A DNA stretch of 64,000 nucleotides from Candidatus Gottesmanbacteria bacterium GW2011_GWC1_43_10 (GCA_000995415.1 LCEX01000008.1:8398-72397), one strand, 5' to 3'. Shown: positions 28,903 through 38,880, counted from the first letter of the stretch. Made by a program: numbers and translations. The notes: generated from the letters alone by a model not told the origin.

Positions 28903-29721
28903 TTGTATTTCCGTAATATGGTTGGTGAAACTTCTAAAAACAAAGGGCGGAGACTAAATTTATCCAAGTATCGGTATGTCTTTTGCGATCTGGATCATAC
29001 TATTGCTTCATTTATTGATGGAAAATTATATATACCTCCTACCGTAGTTACCGCAATAAACGATTTAGATGCAGAAATCGGTTTTAGCATCAGCACAGCG
29101 CGGTGTTTAGAAGAAATATATGCAATAGAAGGAATATCAAATATCATTTTTCGTTCACCACTAATTTTGGAAAATGGCGCTACTATAGTTACTTCTGATT
29201 TTACAGTTATAAAACAACATGTTTTAACGGAAAATGTCGCTGTTGACCTTGTTGAGTACTTAAAAAAATTTGATATCTGGAAAAAAGTTTGTATTGCTGG
29301 AAAATTACTTGATTTTGATAATGTAGATCACCTTTCTAAGCTAACCAAAATTGCACTTCAGGATTTAACAGAAGATATGTTAAAAGAAATATTTGAAAAA
29401 TTATCTAGCTATTCCAATATTGCATATTTTAGATCAAAAGCAGCTCATAAATCGGGTACTTTTACACTTGACATCACTAACATTCAAGCTACAAAACAGA
29501 ACGGTGTATTTACAGTATTAGAATTAGCTGGCGTTGGGAGAGATAAAGCAATAGGTATTGGTGATAGTGATAATGACTTTCCCATGCTTGAGGCCTGTGG
29601 TTTGAAAGTGGCAGTTGCTAATGCTAAACCTTCAATATTAGACATTGCCGATTTGATAGTTCCAAGTTGTGATCATGAAGGAGTAGCACAATTACTCCCT
29701 AAATTGGGAAAGAAAATTTAG
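28903..29721 (+). CDS. HAD-IIB (Cof-type) sugar phosphatase
   Basis: FCDLDHT motif I...GIGDSDNDFPMLEACG motif IV. 272 aa. Low-GC segment. Confidence 0.7.
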   Translation: MYFRNMVGETSKNKGRRLNLSKYRYVFCDLDHTIASFIDGKLYIPPTVVTAINDLDAEIGFSISTARCLEEIYAIEGISNIIFRSPLILENGATIVTSDFTVIKQHVLTENVAVDLVEYLKKFDIWKKVCIAGKLLDFDNVDHLSKLTKIALQDLTEDMLKEIFEKLSSYSNIAYFRSKAAHKSGTFTLDITNIQATKQNGVFTVLELAGVGRDKAIGIGDSDNDFPMLEACGLKVAVANAKPSILDIADLIVPSCDHEGVAQLLPKLGKKI

Positions 29722-29769
29722 TTATTTTGTTATATACTTTTATTAAAAGATAGCTATTTTTATCACATT

Positions 29770-30480
29770 ATGTCAAACACGAAAGTAGCAATAATAACCG
29801 GTGGCAGTAAGGGACTAGGAAAGGAATTAGTAGTTGATCTCGTCAAGGAAGGATATTCAATTGTCACAACTGCTCGTTCAAATGAAGAATTAAATAATTT
29901 AAAAAATGAAATATCTTCTCAATTTAATAGAGAAATTCAAACATTGACAGGTGATTTGACCAAAAAAGATGATGTTTTTGCGTTTTGTGAATTTGTTAAG
30001 GAACAATACACATCAATCGATGTGATAATCAATAATGCAGGATTTAATACGACAAAAACACTAACTGAAACAACGGAAATTGCAGAAATGGAAAAACAGT
30101 TTGCTGTTCATGCAATGACACCATTTCTTATATACAAGTCTTTTGTTGCTCAGATGAAATCAGCAAATCATGGCTACATTATTAATATATTATCAGATCA
30201 GGTTCGCGACAGAACCCGAGGAGGTTGGGCGGCATATAGTACCACTAAACATGCTTTATACGGTTTGGGGAAAGTGATGATTTCTGAGGCTGCAGAAAAT
30301 GGAATAAAAGTCACAAATGCAATAATCGGAGGAATGAACTCAACATTCCGAAATGAAGCTAGAGAAGAATATTTACTACCAACGGATGTAGCTTCTGTTA
30401 TTGTTCAACTGCTTAAAATTCCGAAAGATATTTTTATTCCCGAAATAATCATTTACCCGAAAGTTTACCTTACAAAATAA
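29770..30480 (+). CDS. Short-chain dehydrogenase/reductase (classical SDR)
   Basis: ITGGSKGLG glycine motif, NNAG, YSTTKHA catalytic YxxxK. Confidence 0.8.
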   Translation: MSNTKVAIITGGSKGLGKELVVDLVKEGYSIVTTARSNEELNNLKNEISSQFNREIQTLTGDLTKKDDVFAFCEFVKEQYTSIDVIINNAGFNTTKTLTETTEIAEMEKQFAVHAMTPFLIYKSFVAQMKSANHGYIINILSDQVRDRTRGGWAAYSTTKHALYGLGKVMISEAAENGIKVTNAIIGGMNSTFRNEAREEYLLPTDVASVIVQLLKIPKDIFIPEIIIYPKVYLTK

Positions 30481-30663
30481 CTACTTTCAGTCTCCGTTCG
30501 TTTACGTCTATTTAATGTCATATTTTTCAGCTTTAATTAATTTATCTTCCTTCGTAAAAAACCACGTCACTCTTGTGATGTGGATGAATACGTTTTTACT
30601 TCGGAAGGATTCCACTCCACGAAAATTGCAAGATACCACGTTATACTAAGTGGCACGTGGGCC

Positions 30664-31569
30664 TTATTTGAAAGCCAAAAGAAGCACCAGGATACCCAGG
30701 ATGATTCTATACACCACAAATGGATACAAAGAATGTTTGCTTACAAACCGTAAAAAATATTTGATGGTGAGATAACCAAAAATTGCAGCTGATACGATTC
30801 CGACTGCAAAAAAAGTTAGTTCCGAAAACGCTAGTTCACCACTCGCAAATAAACCAATGGTTTTGATAAGTTTCAACCCTCCGGCTCCGGCAATGATTGG
30901 TGCGGATAGTAAAAATGCAAACCGCGCTGCTTCTTCGCGTCTCAACCCTCGCCACATGCCGGCGGAAATCGTAATCCCAGACCTGGAAACTCCGGGAATC
31001 AAAGCTACAGCTTGAGCTAGTCCCACAGTCAGACTATCCCTCCAATTCATTTGTTTTATATCCCTTATTTTCTTCCCCACTTTCTCTACATATATAAGGA
31101 CTCCGGAAAAAAGAATTAGGGTGAGAGCAATGAGCACTGGCGAGCGAAATACTGTCTCCACTTTTTTTTCAAGTAACAAACCAAAAAGCACACCGGGAAC
31201 CGTCCCAATGAGCAATAAAAACGCCAAGCGTTGAGAATTGTCATTCCCACCCCGTATGTCATTCCCGCGAAACTTGTCCTCGACTCCGATCGGGGAGCGG
31301 GAATCTATTTTAATGGATCCTCCGGTCAGGCCAGAGGATGACATTTTGGTTATCGCTGCTAATACTAATTTTTTCCAATCGTCTCTAAAAAACCAAAGTA
31401 AAGCAATCAAAGTTCCCAAATGAAGTGCCGCATCAAAAGACAACCCGTATTTTTCCTGGGAAATTCCCAGTAAATTCTCGGCAATTATCAAATGCCCAGT
31501 TGAGGATATCGGCAAAAATTCCGATATTCCCTGCACCGCACCCAATAGAATAGCTTTTACTAATTCCAT
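30664..31569 (-). CDS. uppP: Undecaprenyl-diphosphatase UppP/BacA, carrying a 36-codon in-frame repeat-derived insertion
   Basis: EFLPISSTGH and PGVSRSGITISAG motifs. Loop 2 is about 20 aa longer than in E. coli and is encoded by a palindromic repeat at 31239..31346. Confidence 0.85.
   Translation of the reverse strand: MELVKAILLGAVQGISEFLPISSTGHLIIAENLLGISQEKYGLSFDAALHLGTLIALLWFFRDDWKKLVLAAITKMSSSGLTGGSIKIDSRSPIGVEDKFRGNDIRGGNDNSQRLAFLLLIGTVPGVLFGLLLEKKVETVFRSPVLIALTLILFSGVLIYVEKVGKKIRDIKQMNWRDSLTVGLAQAVALIPGVSRSGITISAGMWRGLRREEAARFAFLLSAPIIAGAGGLKLIKTIGLFASGELAFSELTFFAVGIVSAAIFGYLTIKYFLRFVSKHSLYPFVVYRIILGILVLLLAFK
31239..31346 (-). mobile_element. MITE/RPE-like palindromic repeat (GTCATYCC...GGGAATGACA family), 108 bp, inserted in-frame inside uppP
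   Basis: The coding-strand sequence AATGTCATCCTCTGGCCTGACCGGAGGATCCAT...GATTCCCGC...CGCGGGAATGACATACGGGGTGGGAATGACAA aligns end-to-end with 41186..41295. Confidence 0.7.
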
Positions 31570-31575
31570 GTAACA

Positions 31576-32394
31576 TTACTTAACTAACGATTTTAGTATA
31601 TCAAGATTCTTCTTATCTGGCCCTTTATCATCAAACCCCGGAGTTTCCAAAATTAGGGGCAACTTATCAAAATGCGGCGAATTTAATAATAATTTAAGCG
31701 CCGGAGTACCCACAAATCCTGCTCCCAAATTCTCATGCCGGTCACGAAAACTTCCGGCTGCAACTTTACTATCATTGACGTGCATACACTCAATACTTTC
31801 CCACCCCACAGTTGTTTGAATCATTTTATTCAAGCTTTCCATCTTTTCATAAGTATCAAATGTATAACCGCCTGCAAATAAGTGCGCCGTATCCAGACAC
31901 ACGCCGATTTGTGGAGAACCAACAACCTCACACATTTGCGAAAGCTCTTCACCGGTCGAACCGACTTTGCCTTTTCCACCCGAGGCTACTTCAAGTAACA
32001 GTTTCGTTTTGCCATGAGTTTGCCGAAATATTGAATTTATCGAATCAACAACAACTGGCAAAGCTGCGGCAAACCCTTTACCTTTGTGACTTCCGGTGTG
32101 AACAATCACGCCCTTAGCGCCAATTTTATCGCCAAACCGCAAATCCTCAACCAGGCTTTTGATTGAAAGCTCACGCAAAGTTTCTTTTTCACTAGCCAGA
32201 TTGATCAAATAACACGCGTGGATAAAAATTGGACTGATTCCTAAATCAGTAGCTTTAGTTTTAAAAGCTTCACAATCGCTATCTGTAAATTTTGGCCCTG
32301 CAAAAGACTGCGGTGGTGAGGAAAAAATTTGGATGCAACTAGCTCCCATCGCACTGGCCTTTTCCAAAACCGCAACCAGTCCCGAGGATGACAT
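31576..32394 (-). CDS. nfo: Endonuclease IV (AP endonuclease family 2)
   Basis: FIHACYLINLAS...GVIVHTGS...LLLEVASGG TIM-barrel Nfo blocks. 272 aa. Confidence 0.85.
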   Translation of the reverse strand: MSSSGLVAVLEKASAMGASCIQIFSSPPQSFAGPKFTDSDCEAFKTKATDLGISPIFIHACYLINLASEKETLRELSIKSLVEDLRFGDKIGAKGVIVHTGSHKGKGFAAALPVVVDSINSIFRQTHGKTKLLLEVASGGKGKVGSTGEELSQMCEVVGSPQIGVCLDTAHLFAGGYTFDTYEKMESLNKMIQTTVGWESIECMHVNDSKVAAGSFRDRHENLGAGFVGTPALKLLLNSPHFDKLPLILETPGFDDKGPDKKNLDILKSLVK

Positions 32395-32420
32395 TATTTT
32401 CTAACCTCTAGACGTTTACT

Positions 32421-32999
32421 TTATATCTTCAAAAACTTCCCAATAACTTCGTGATGGGAGTAGTATATCCAAATCGTAAACGCCAGCAACAATGGGAAAA
32501 CAATCAATTTCTCCACCCATCCACCAGTTCTAATACGCATAAATTTGAAAGGCGGAATGCCGATTTTAAAAGGAATGGGATAAAACCAAGGGACTCCTTC
32601 AATCGTCACTGTATCGGCAATTAAATGCGAAAGTTGGCCCAAAAAAAATGCCAGTTGCACTAACCCTACTTCCAAATGAGGTAGTTTAATCGTGTTTAAT
32701 AAAAGTCCCAATACCCACGTAAATAAAAAAATGCCCAAAAGTGAATGTGATAAATGCCGGTGACCATCCAAAAAATCACGCGAAGCTTTGCCTTCCCACG
32801 GCGTAAGTTTGTGTTTCCAAGCCGGTGAAGCCACATTGTCAATATCGGGAATGATACCACCAATAAAAGTCGCTACGCCAATTCCCAAGAGCGTTTCCCA
32901 ATTTAAAGATGGCGGAGAATAAGTCAAAAAATAATAGGAAACCAGGGCCACAGCTGCCAGATCATGCGTCCGTTGGATCATGTATTTATGGTAACACAC
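32421..32999 (-). CDS. Membrane-bound metal-dependent hydrolase (YdjM/DUF457-like)
   Basis: Four TM segments with LSHSLLG and HLIAD His-containing motifs. Confidence 0.5.
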   Translation of the reverse strand: MCYHKYMIQRTHDLAAVALVSYYFLTYSPPSLNWETLLGIGVATFIGGIIPDIDNVASPAWKHKLTPWEGKASRDFLDGHRHLSHSLLGIFLFTWVLGLLLNTIKLPHLEVGLVQLAFFLGQLSHLIADTVTIEGVPWFYPIPFKIGIPPFKFMRIRTGGWVEKLIVFPLLLAFTIWIYYSHHEVIGKFLKI

Positions 33000-33058
33000 T
33001 GCTTGAGATTTGGCGTATAATTGAGACGGGGTAAATTACCCCAGCGAGGGATCTATAA

Positions 33059-33547
33059 TTGAGATTCATGCAACTCAAGTCCAAAGTCAATCCCCAGACG
33101 CACCTACTTCTCATCCAACTTCTTTTGGGGTTGGTTTGGTTTCGTTCTGGATTGACTAAGTTGTTGGCACCGGATTTTATAGTAAATCTGCCAAAAACGC
33201 TCACCTTTTTTGCTTCGAAAAATCCACTGCCGTGGTACAAAGATTTTTTGTTGCAATTTGCTATCCCGCAAGTCGGACTTTTCGGAAATTTGACGCGTTG
33301 GGGAGAATTTAGTGCCGGAGTTCTGTTGATCATAACAGCTCTCACCATGCTCTTCAAAAAAGAAGTGCCATTTTTGCGTCACTTGGCACTGGTTGGTAAT
33401 CTGATCGGTGTTTGGCTTAACCTCAACTTCGGCCTGGCTTCATACTGGACCTCTGCCGCTAGTGAAACTATCAATTTATTAATGTTAGGGATACAGATAA
33501 TTATCGGGGTCTATCACTTGCGCTCGTTAAGACAAATGAAGTCGTGA
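33059..33547 (+). CDS. DoxX-family membrane protein
   Basis: IQLLLGLVWFRSGLTKLLAP is DoxX-like. Adjacent to a DsbA-like gene. Confidence 0.5.
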   Translation: MRFMQLKSKVNPQTHLLLIQLLLGLVWFRSGLTKLLAPDFIVNLPKTLTFFASKNPLPWYKDFLLQFAIPQVGLFGNLTRWGEFSAGVLLIITALTMLFKKEVPFLRHLALVGNLIGVWLNLNFGLASYWTSAASETINLLMLGIQIIIGVYHLRSLRQMKS

Positions 33548-33563
33548 GTTTTCAAAAAGATTT

Positions 33564-34178
33564 TTACTTTAGCGCTTTAGCCACTTCCGCGTCTAGATCA
33601 GTGAAAGAAAACAGACTAAGTTTTTTGCCATTGAGATAAAATGTTGGGGTGGCATTTACGCCAATCGCAGTTCCATCTGTTAGATCTTTCTGAACTTTGT
33701 CTTTATATTTACCGGTGGCTAAATCCTGATTAAATTGACTCATGTCCAACTTCAAATCACTTGCCAATTTTTGGATGGTTTCATCAGATAAGTCTTTTTG
33801 GTTGGCAAACAACAAATCATGCATTTCCCAAAATTTACCCTGGGCTCCGGCTGCTTCAGCTGCTTCAGCTGCCCGGCGGGCATTTTTGTGTTGATCAAGT
33901 GGGAAATGGCGGTAGACAAATTTTAAATCGTCCTTATATTTTTCAACTACTTGTTTAACTACCGGATATGCGGCTCCGCAGGCCGGACATTCAAAATCCG
34001 AGAATTCGACTAAGGTGACTTTAGGCGTAGTTGGTCCGGTCGACCAAGCTCCCAAGACATCAGCCGAGACGACTACCTCTTTTTGCGGTTGGGAAAAAAA
34101 GGCCACTGCACCGCCCAAAACCACGAGTGTGGCTACGATCACGCTCACGAAGAATTTGGTTTCACCACTAACTTGCAT
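33564..34178 (-). CDS. DsbA-like thiol:disulfide oxidoreductase, membrane-anchored
   Basis: Thioredoxin fold with FECPACGAAYP CPxC motif. N-terminal TM. Confidence 0.75.
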   Translation of the reverse strand: MQVSGETKFFVSVIVATLVVLGGAVAFFSQPQKEVVVSADVLGAWSTGPTTPKVTLVEFSDFECPACGAAYPVVKQVVEKYKDDLKFVYRHFPLDQHKNARRAAEAAEAAGAQGKFWEMHDLLFANQKDLSDETIQKLASDLKLDMSQFNQDLATGKYKDKVQKDLTDGTAIGVNATPTFYLNGKKLSLFSFTDLDAEVAKALK

Positions 34179-34222
34179 AAGTACCCTAGCATAGCAAAAT
34201 TGGGGCTAAAAAGCAATAGATA

Positions 34223-34456
34223 CTATAGGCCTGTAGCTGGTAGGATCCCGCTCCAGGGTGAGGCTACCGGGGAAGCTATCGGGGTCGGAGTGGGTGAAGT
34301 TTTTGCACTTTGCGATTGACTCGTTTTCGGCGTAAAATCCTTTAAATTGACTTTCACTAGTTTCCTGGTTGCATAAACGATTAACGCTCCCAAAAGTAAT
34401 AAAACTACCAAACCTAAAACGACTCGGTTCATATTGATATAGGCCACAATATACAT
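34223..34456 (-). CDS. Small membrane protein with Pro/Thr tail ending LPATGL
   Basis: 77 aa ORF, one TM, ending ...SPWSGILPATGL. Uncertain whether it is a real gene. Confidence 0.25.
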   Translation of the reverse strand: MYIVAYINMNRVVLGLVVLLLLGALIVYATRKLVKVNLKDFTPKTSQSQSAKTSPTPTPIASPVASPWSGILPATGL

Positions 34457-34524
34457 AAATTAGCCCACCGAGTCAAATTTTTCATTTTGGTTTGCAAAAA
34501 AATAAGATATCTTTGTTATATCCT

Positions 34525-35208
34525 TTAAAAAAACAAGTGATTCACAAAACCAATTTCATATACTATTCCCAGTCCCAAGATGATGCTCAAAGTGCCGGCA
34601 GTTTTTTGTAAAATCATTTCTAGTTTGTTAAACCGGGTTAATTTACTTTTGGCAAAAGTTAGGGGCAAACCAATCAAAAAACTCATCGCTGTCATTCCCA
34701 CGATTGAACCCATCCCAAAAAGCAGAATATAAATGACACCTTCAACTATTGAACGAAATGTTGAAAGCACGAGCACCATGAGTGCCCCACTTCCTGCAAG
34801 TCCATGAACCGCACCAATCAAAAATGAGCGCTTGTGTTGATGGTGATGGCGATGGTCCGAGTGGATATGACTGTGTTCACTAACCCCATGTTCATGAGCA
34901 TGTTCATGAAGTTCTTCGGTTTTAAGTAATGCCCGAATTCCTAAAATAACCAGCATGATTCCAACCAGTGATTCAAGTCCGAGTCCCAACCGAAGCGGGA
35001 TATTTATTTTAAGTATGAGTACGGCAAGCCCCACCATAAACAGAGTCGTGGTGTGGCCTATCCCCCAAAACGTACCGATAAGGGCTGCCCGAAATGAATT
35101 TTTGTGTTCGGTCACGAGTGTCATGACCGCGGTGAGATGGTCTGCTTCAAGAGCATGCTTAAACCCCAGAAATATCCCAAATAAAAATGTAAACAAAATC
35201 GTCGGCAT
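34525..35208 (-). CDS. NicO/RcnA-family nickel/cobalt transporter with His-rich loop
   Basis: TM1 HALEADHL (H-x4-DH) signature. HEHAHEHGVSEHSHIHSDHRHHHQH loop. Confidence 0.65.
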   Translation of the reverse strand: MPTILFTFLFGIFLGFKHALEADHLTAVMTLVTEHKNSFRAALIGTFWGIGHTTTLFMVGLAVLILKINIPLRLGLGLESLVGIMLVILGIRALLKTEELHEHAHEHGVSEHSHIHSDHRHHHQHKRSFLIGAVHGLAGSGALMVLVLSTFRSIVEGVIYILLFGMGSIVGMTAMSFLIGLPLTFAKSKLTRFNKLEMILQKTAGTLSIILGLGIVYEIGFVNHLFF

Positions 35209-35212
35209 AATT

Positions 35213-37398
35213 TTACCTGCCTAAATATTTTTTAATTTTCTCTTCTATTCCTGATGTGGCTTTTTGTGTCAGATCTTTTATTTGTTTGGTATAAAACGCA
35301 ATTTTTTCTTGCAACAAAACCGAAACAAAACCTTTGAGCTGGTCCCGGTTCATGAAACAAGTTAACGGTTCTTTTTGGCAATCTGTATAAAACTTGATGG
35401 TTGTAGTTTGCGGTAAACTATTACCATTAATTTTTAAGGCAACTTCTGACTGGGCGCTTCTTGATGCTACAAAATCGACAAAGAATGGTTCAAATCTTGT
35501 ATCCAACTGCCCGGGAATTTGGGCTGTAATTGGGGCTGCTTCATCAAGTTTCGCTTCCAATGACTGGACTCTTGTTGGACGCGACAAAATGGAAAGCGCA
35601 ACTACAAATAAACGAATTGGGTTACGTCCGGCAATTGCCGTCGTATTGGCCCAATAAAAGGTTGAGGTCCCAGGATCAAGAGGCAAAGCTCCCAGATCTG
35701 GCTGAAAGATAGGAGCCAATTCTTTGACTTGGGAATCAGTTAAAGTCAGGGGTGTGATTTTCCAAATTTCTTGATCTTTAGTAATGGTCGCCATTTTGAT
35801 TTGCTCAAGTTTGGGAGTTTCCCAACCCAGAGCGAGCGTGTTGTTTGCTTGGTCAGGGATTATGAAAAACCTCGGATGTTTGGCAAAAGTAATAAACTGC
35901 GGAGTATTGTTACTTAGTATTTCAACAAGTGTCATCTTGACCGGACTCACAAAACCACTATTTAAGTTGTTTGTTGTAATAAAATCCGGCTCCAGTGTGA
36001 TCCGGCTGTTGTCTACTGTAATTTCCACCACTTCTTTTTCCTGTTTAACTTGAGCTTCAGATGCGCCGGATAATTTAATCCCAAAGGGTTGGACTCCGTC
36101 GTCAGACCGTACCGGATGGCCGGCATAAATATCAGGATTGGAAGGTACCTTTTTGACAGTATATTGCTGCGAACCGTCAATGGTATAAGGCACGATCCAA
36201 TAAGCGCGCGATACTTGAGCAGCTTGGGTCTGGTAAACATCGGTTAGAGGTGAAAAATTTCTAAGATCTGTAAGCAACAAATCTCCGCCAATCACCTGGA
36301 TCCGCGCCCGATACGTGCGGCCAAAGTACCAGAGCACCGTCCCTTCCTCGGGAAAGCGCGGACTTTTAAGCATCCGGCTAGAATTTAGAGGAGTTTGATT
36401 TTTGAAAAGTACCGCGTATTCATGTGGTGAAAAAACTTTGATTTCGCCTGTTTTTTGTTTTTGGACTATTTGCGCCAGTTGTTTTTGATATTCGGCTTTA
36501 AAGTCAACCCACTCGGCTGAATTTTCAAGCCCTAAAAGAATGAGTCCGACATCTTTTTGAGCAATCATTTGATCAAGTAGACTGGTGAAATAATTGGTGC
36601 CAGGAGTCTTAGGATTTTGTAAATAATCATTGGGCTGTGAAGTAAAATACGTAAAAGAGGATCCGTAGTTTCGGTCAAGATCACTTATGGTTTGGCGCAC
36701 CATTACAAGATCAAGTTGACTAGCTTTGTCTGGAGCGGGAATCAGCGGATGACCCAAAGAGGGATAATAAGGAGCATCAAAAATCCCCCCATAAAGCGTA
36801 TAACTGTCTGTTTCATATTGTTCTTTTGTGATTTCATGAAGTTCTACTCCGTATTCATCATGAATGTATTTGAGCGACCAGGCATCAACCATCCAGGCGA
36901 CTGTAAATGTAGGGAAATAACCAAACTGGGTATGAAACTCGCCAAAAACTGTATCAATCAATTGTTTGCGTTCAGTCTGGGTGTAACCGATGAGAAATGC
37001 ATTACGCGCCGAGTACCAATCAGATCCGCTGCTTTCACCTTTGTAATTCACGGCGCTGGCTGAAGCAAGTTGGGGGGTGATTTCCAAAAGAATTCCCAAA
37101 GATTGAGCCCGGGGTAAATTTTTGATTTTTTCAATAGTTGCGCTATCTACCAAAGCATCGTATCGCAGAGCCCAAGCCAAAGGTAAGTTTTTATTTTCAT
37201 CGAGCGAATTGATCTCCGAAAATATATCCGAGGTTCCCCCATGACAACAGGTTTGGGGACCCAACAGGTTTGGGGACCACGGATTTGGTGAATAATCACA
37301 GCATGAGAACCCAAGGATTCTGCACGAACCGGTAATGAGACCAGACTGACGACAAAAATAAAACTTAAAATAATCCCGATTCCGCGAATAATGTTCAT
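35213..37398 (-). pseudogene. Large secreted protein gene split by a 17-bp tandem duplication (signal-peptide ORF 37147..37398 plus body ORF 35213..37264)
   Basis: Removing one copy of CAACAGGTTTGGGGACC (37246-37262 / 37263-37279) joins MNIIRGIGIILSFIFVVSLVSLPVRAESLG...IRGPQTC in frame to CHGGTSDIFSEINSL... of the 683-aa ORF. Confidence 0.6.
37246..37279. repeat. Perfect 17-bp tandem duplication (CAACAGGTTTGGGGACC x2) causing the frameshift in the secreted-protein gene
   Basis: Read directly from the sequence at 37246-37262 and 37263-37279. Confidence 0.9.
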
Positions 37399-37477
37399 AA
37401 TCTGTCTTTTAAATTTTATCCTAACTTCCTATCTTACCGCAAACTCTCTTGAACTAATTATTGACATCGAAGCGCAG

Positions 37478-38869
37478 ATGATGTCTAATAAGTTAGAGAC
37501 CTCTTTTATGAAGGATATTGTTTCATATGTAAAAGCCAATAAAGCCAGGCTACTGCCGATCGGGTTATTGCTTTTCCTTGCACTGGCGACACTTTTTACT
37601 CTGCAACTCACCAAAAAACGGCAGGAATTGCGGACCAAAGCTACCGCGGCTACGGCAATTTTAAGTTTTACTCCGACTATCATCCCAACTTCTCCCGAAA
37701 GCACGTTTGACGTATCGGTCAATCTGGATAGCGGTGGTCAGGCTCCGGTCGGAGCTGATATTCTAGTGAATTTTGATAAAAATCAACTGACTTTGCGAAA
37801 CGTCACTCGACCAACGCTGCAAACCAATTCTGTTTTTAAAACTTATGCGCCGGTGGTAAATGACGGTAGTGGTACGTTTGATACTTCAAGAGTCATGAGT
37901 TGTGCCAATACTGGCTTAAATGGCGGCAGCGGCACTGATTGTCCGAGCGGATCTGGTGTAGTGGAATTTGGAATTATCGCTTTTGATTGGGCCAACGATG
38001 TGCTTCCGACACCCGATCCGGCAAATACGATTTTGAGTCCGGTGATTACGTTCACTTTCCAAGTGGCTCCAACCGCCAGCGGCCAAACTTTACTTACTTT
38101 TAAATATGACGGAACTGGGGTAACTACCGATTCGAATGTGGTGATTGAACCCACCGGTACGGGTAATCCTGAAGATATTCTGGCGGCGCCCACTTCAGTA
38201 GCGACAATAACCCTTGGTGGAGCCGTACCGACCCCATCTCCATCACCATCTACGACTCCGGCACCTACTCCCTCGGCCTCACCCGGAGTCAGTCCGTCAC
38301 CATCAGCCACACCTTCCACTTCACCAGGTGACACCGGATCACTTACGCTGCAAGTTTTGTTTGAGGGCGTGGGCAAACCTGGTATCCAACCAAATCTGAC
38401 AGCCAATATTGAGCTCAAACAAGGTACAACTATAATCACTTCCCAAGACGCCACTTTCGCCGCAAACGGCGAGCAAGTTTTGATCCAAGCTCCAAATTAT
38501 TATTTGTGGGTCTATACCAATACCGCAAGTCCCCTCACCAATCTGGCCGTGGGTGATTATGATGTCTATGTCAAGGGGCCGAAAAACTTGCGCCGGCTGT
38601 TGGGCAGCATCTCTATCACCGCCAACCAAACCACTCTAGCCAACTTCGCTACATCCGACCTGGTTTTACTTACCGGAGATACCAATAATGCCAATAAAGT
38701 ACTATTGGGATATACAGATTTAGTCATCAACTACGGTTGTCCCAACAATCCAGTAAATATCGATCCAGCCGCCTGTACTTTGGTCGCAGATGTGGACTTT
38801 GACGGTCAAATCGATTTGGATGATTATACCTATATCGTATCTAACTACAATAAAACAGGCGTTAATTAA
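37478..38869 (+). CDS. Surface protein with cohesin-like domain, PT linker, beta-sandwich domain and C-terminal dockerin-like Ca-binding repeats
   Basis: VNFDKNQLTL cohesin-like block, PTPSPSPSTTPAPTPSASP linker, GDTNNANKV.../DVDFDGQIDLDDYTYIVSNY dockerin-like repeats. The ORF track starts at 37391; a likelier start is the Met at 37478. Confidence 0.55.
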   Translation: MMSNKLETSFMKDIVSYVKANKARLLPIGLLLFLALATLFTLQLTKKRQELRTKATAATAILSFTPTIIPTSPESTFDVSVNLDSGGQAPVGADILVNFDKNQLTLRNVTRPTLQTNSVFKTYAPVVNDGSGTFDTSRVMSCANTGLNGGSGTDCPSGSGVVEFGIIAFDWANDVLPTPDPANTILSPVITFTFQVAPTASGQTLLTFKYDGTGVTTDSNVVIEPTGTGNPEDILAAPTSVATITLGGAVPTPSPSPSTTPAPTPSASPGVSPSPSATPSTSPGDTGSLTLQVLFEGVGKPGIQPNLTANIELKQGTTIITSQDATFAANGEQVLIQAPNYYLWVYTNTASPLTNLAVGDYDVYVKGPKNLRRLLGSISITANQTTLANFATSDLVLLTGDTNNANKVLLGYTDLVINYGCPNNPVNIDPAACTLVADVDFDGQIDLDDYTYIVSNYNKTGVN

Positions 38870-38880
38870 CGTGATATTTT

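Noticed and set aside
37262-37264. TTG start assigned by the ORF track to the 683-aa ORF
   Set aside because: The upstream signal-peptide ORF plus the 17-bp duplication explain the region. The TTG start is an artefact of the frameshift, not a genuine initiation site.
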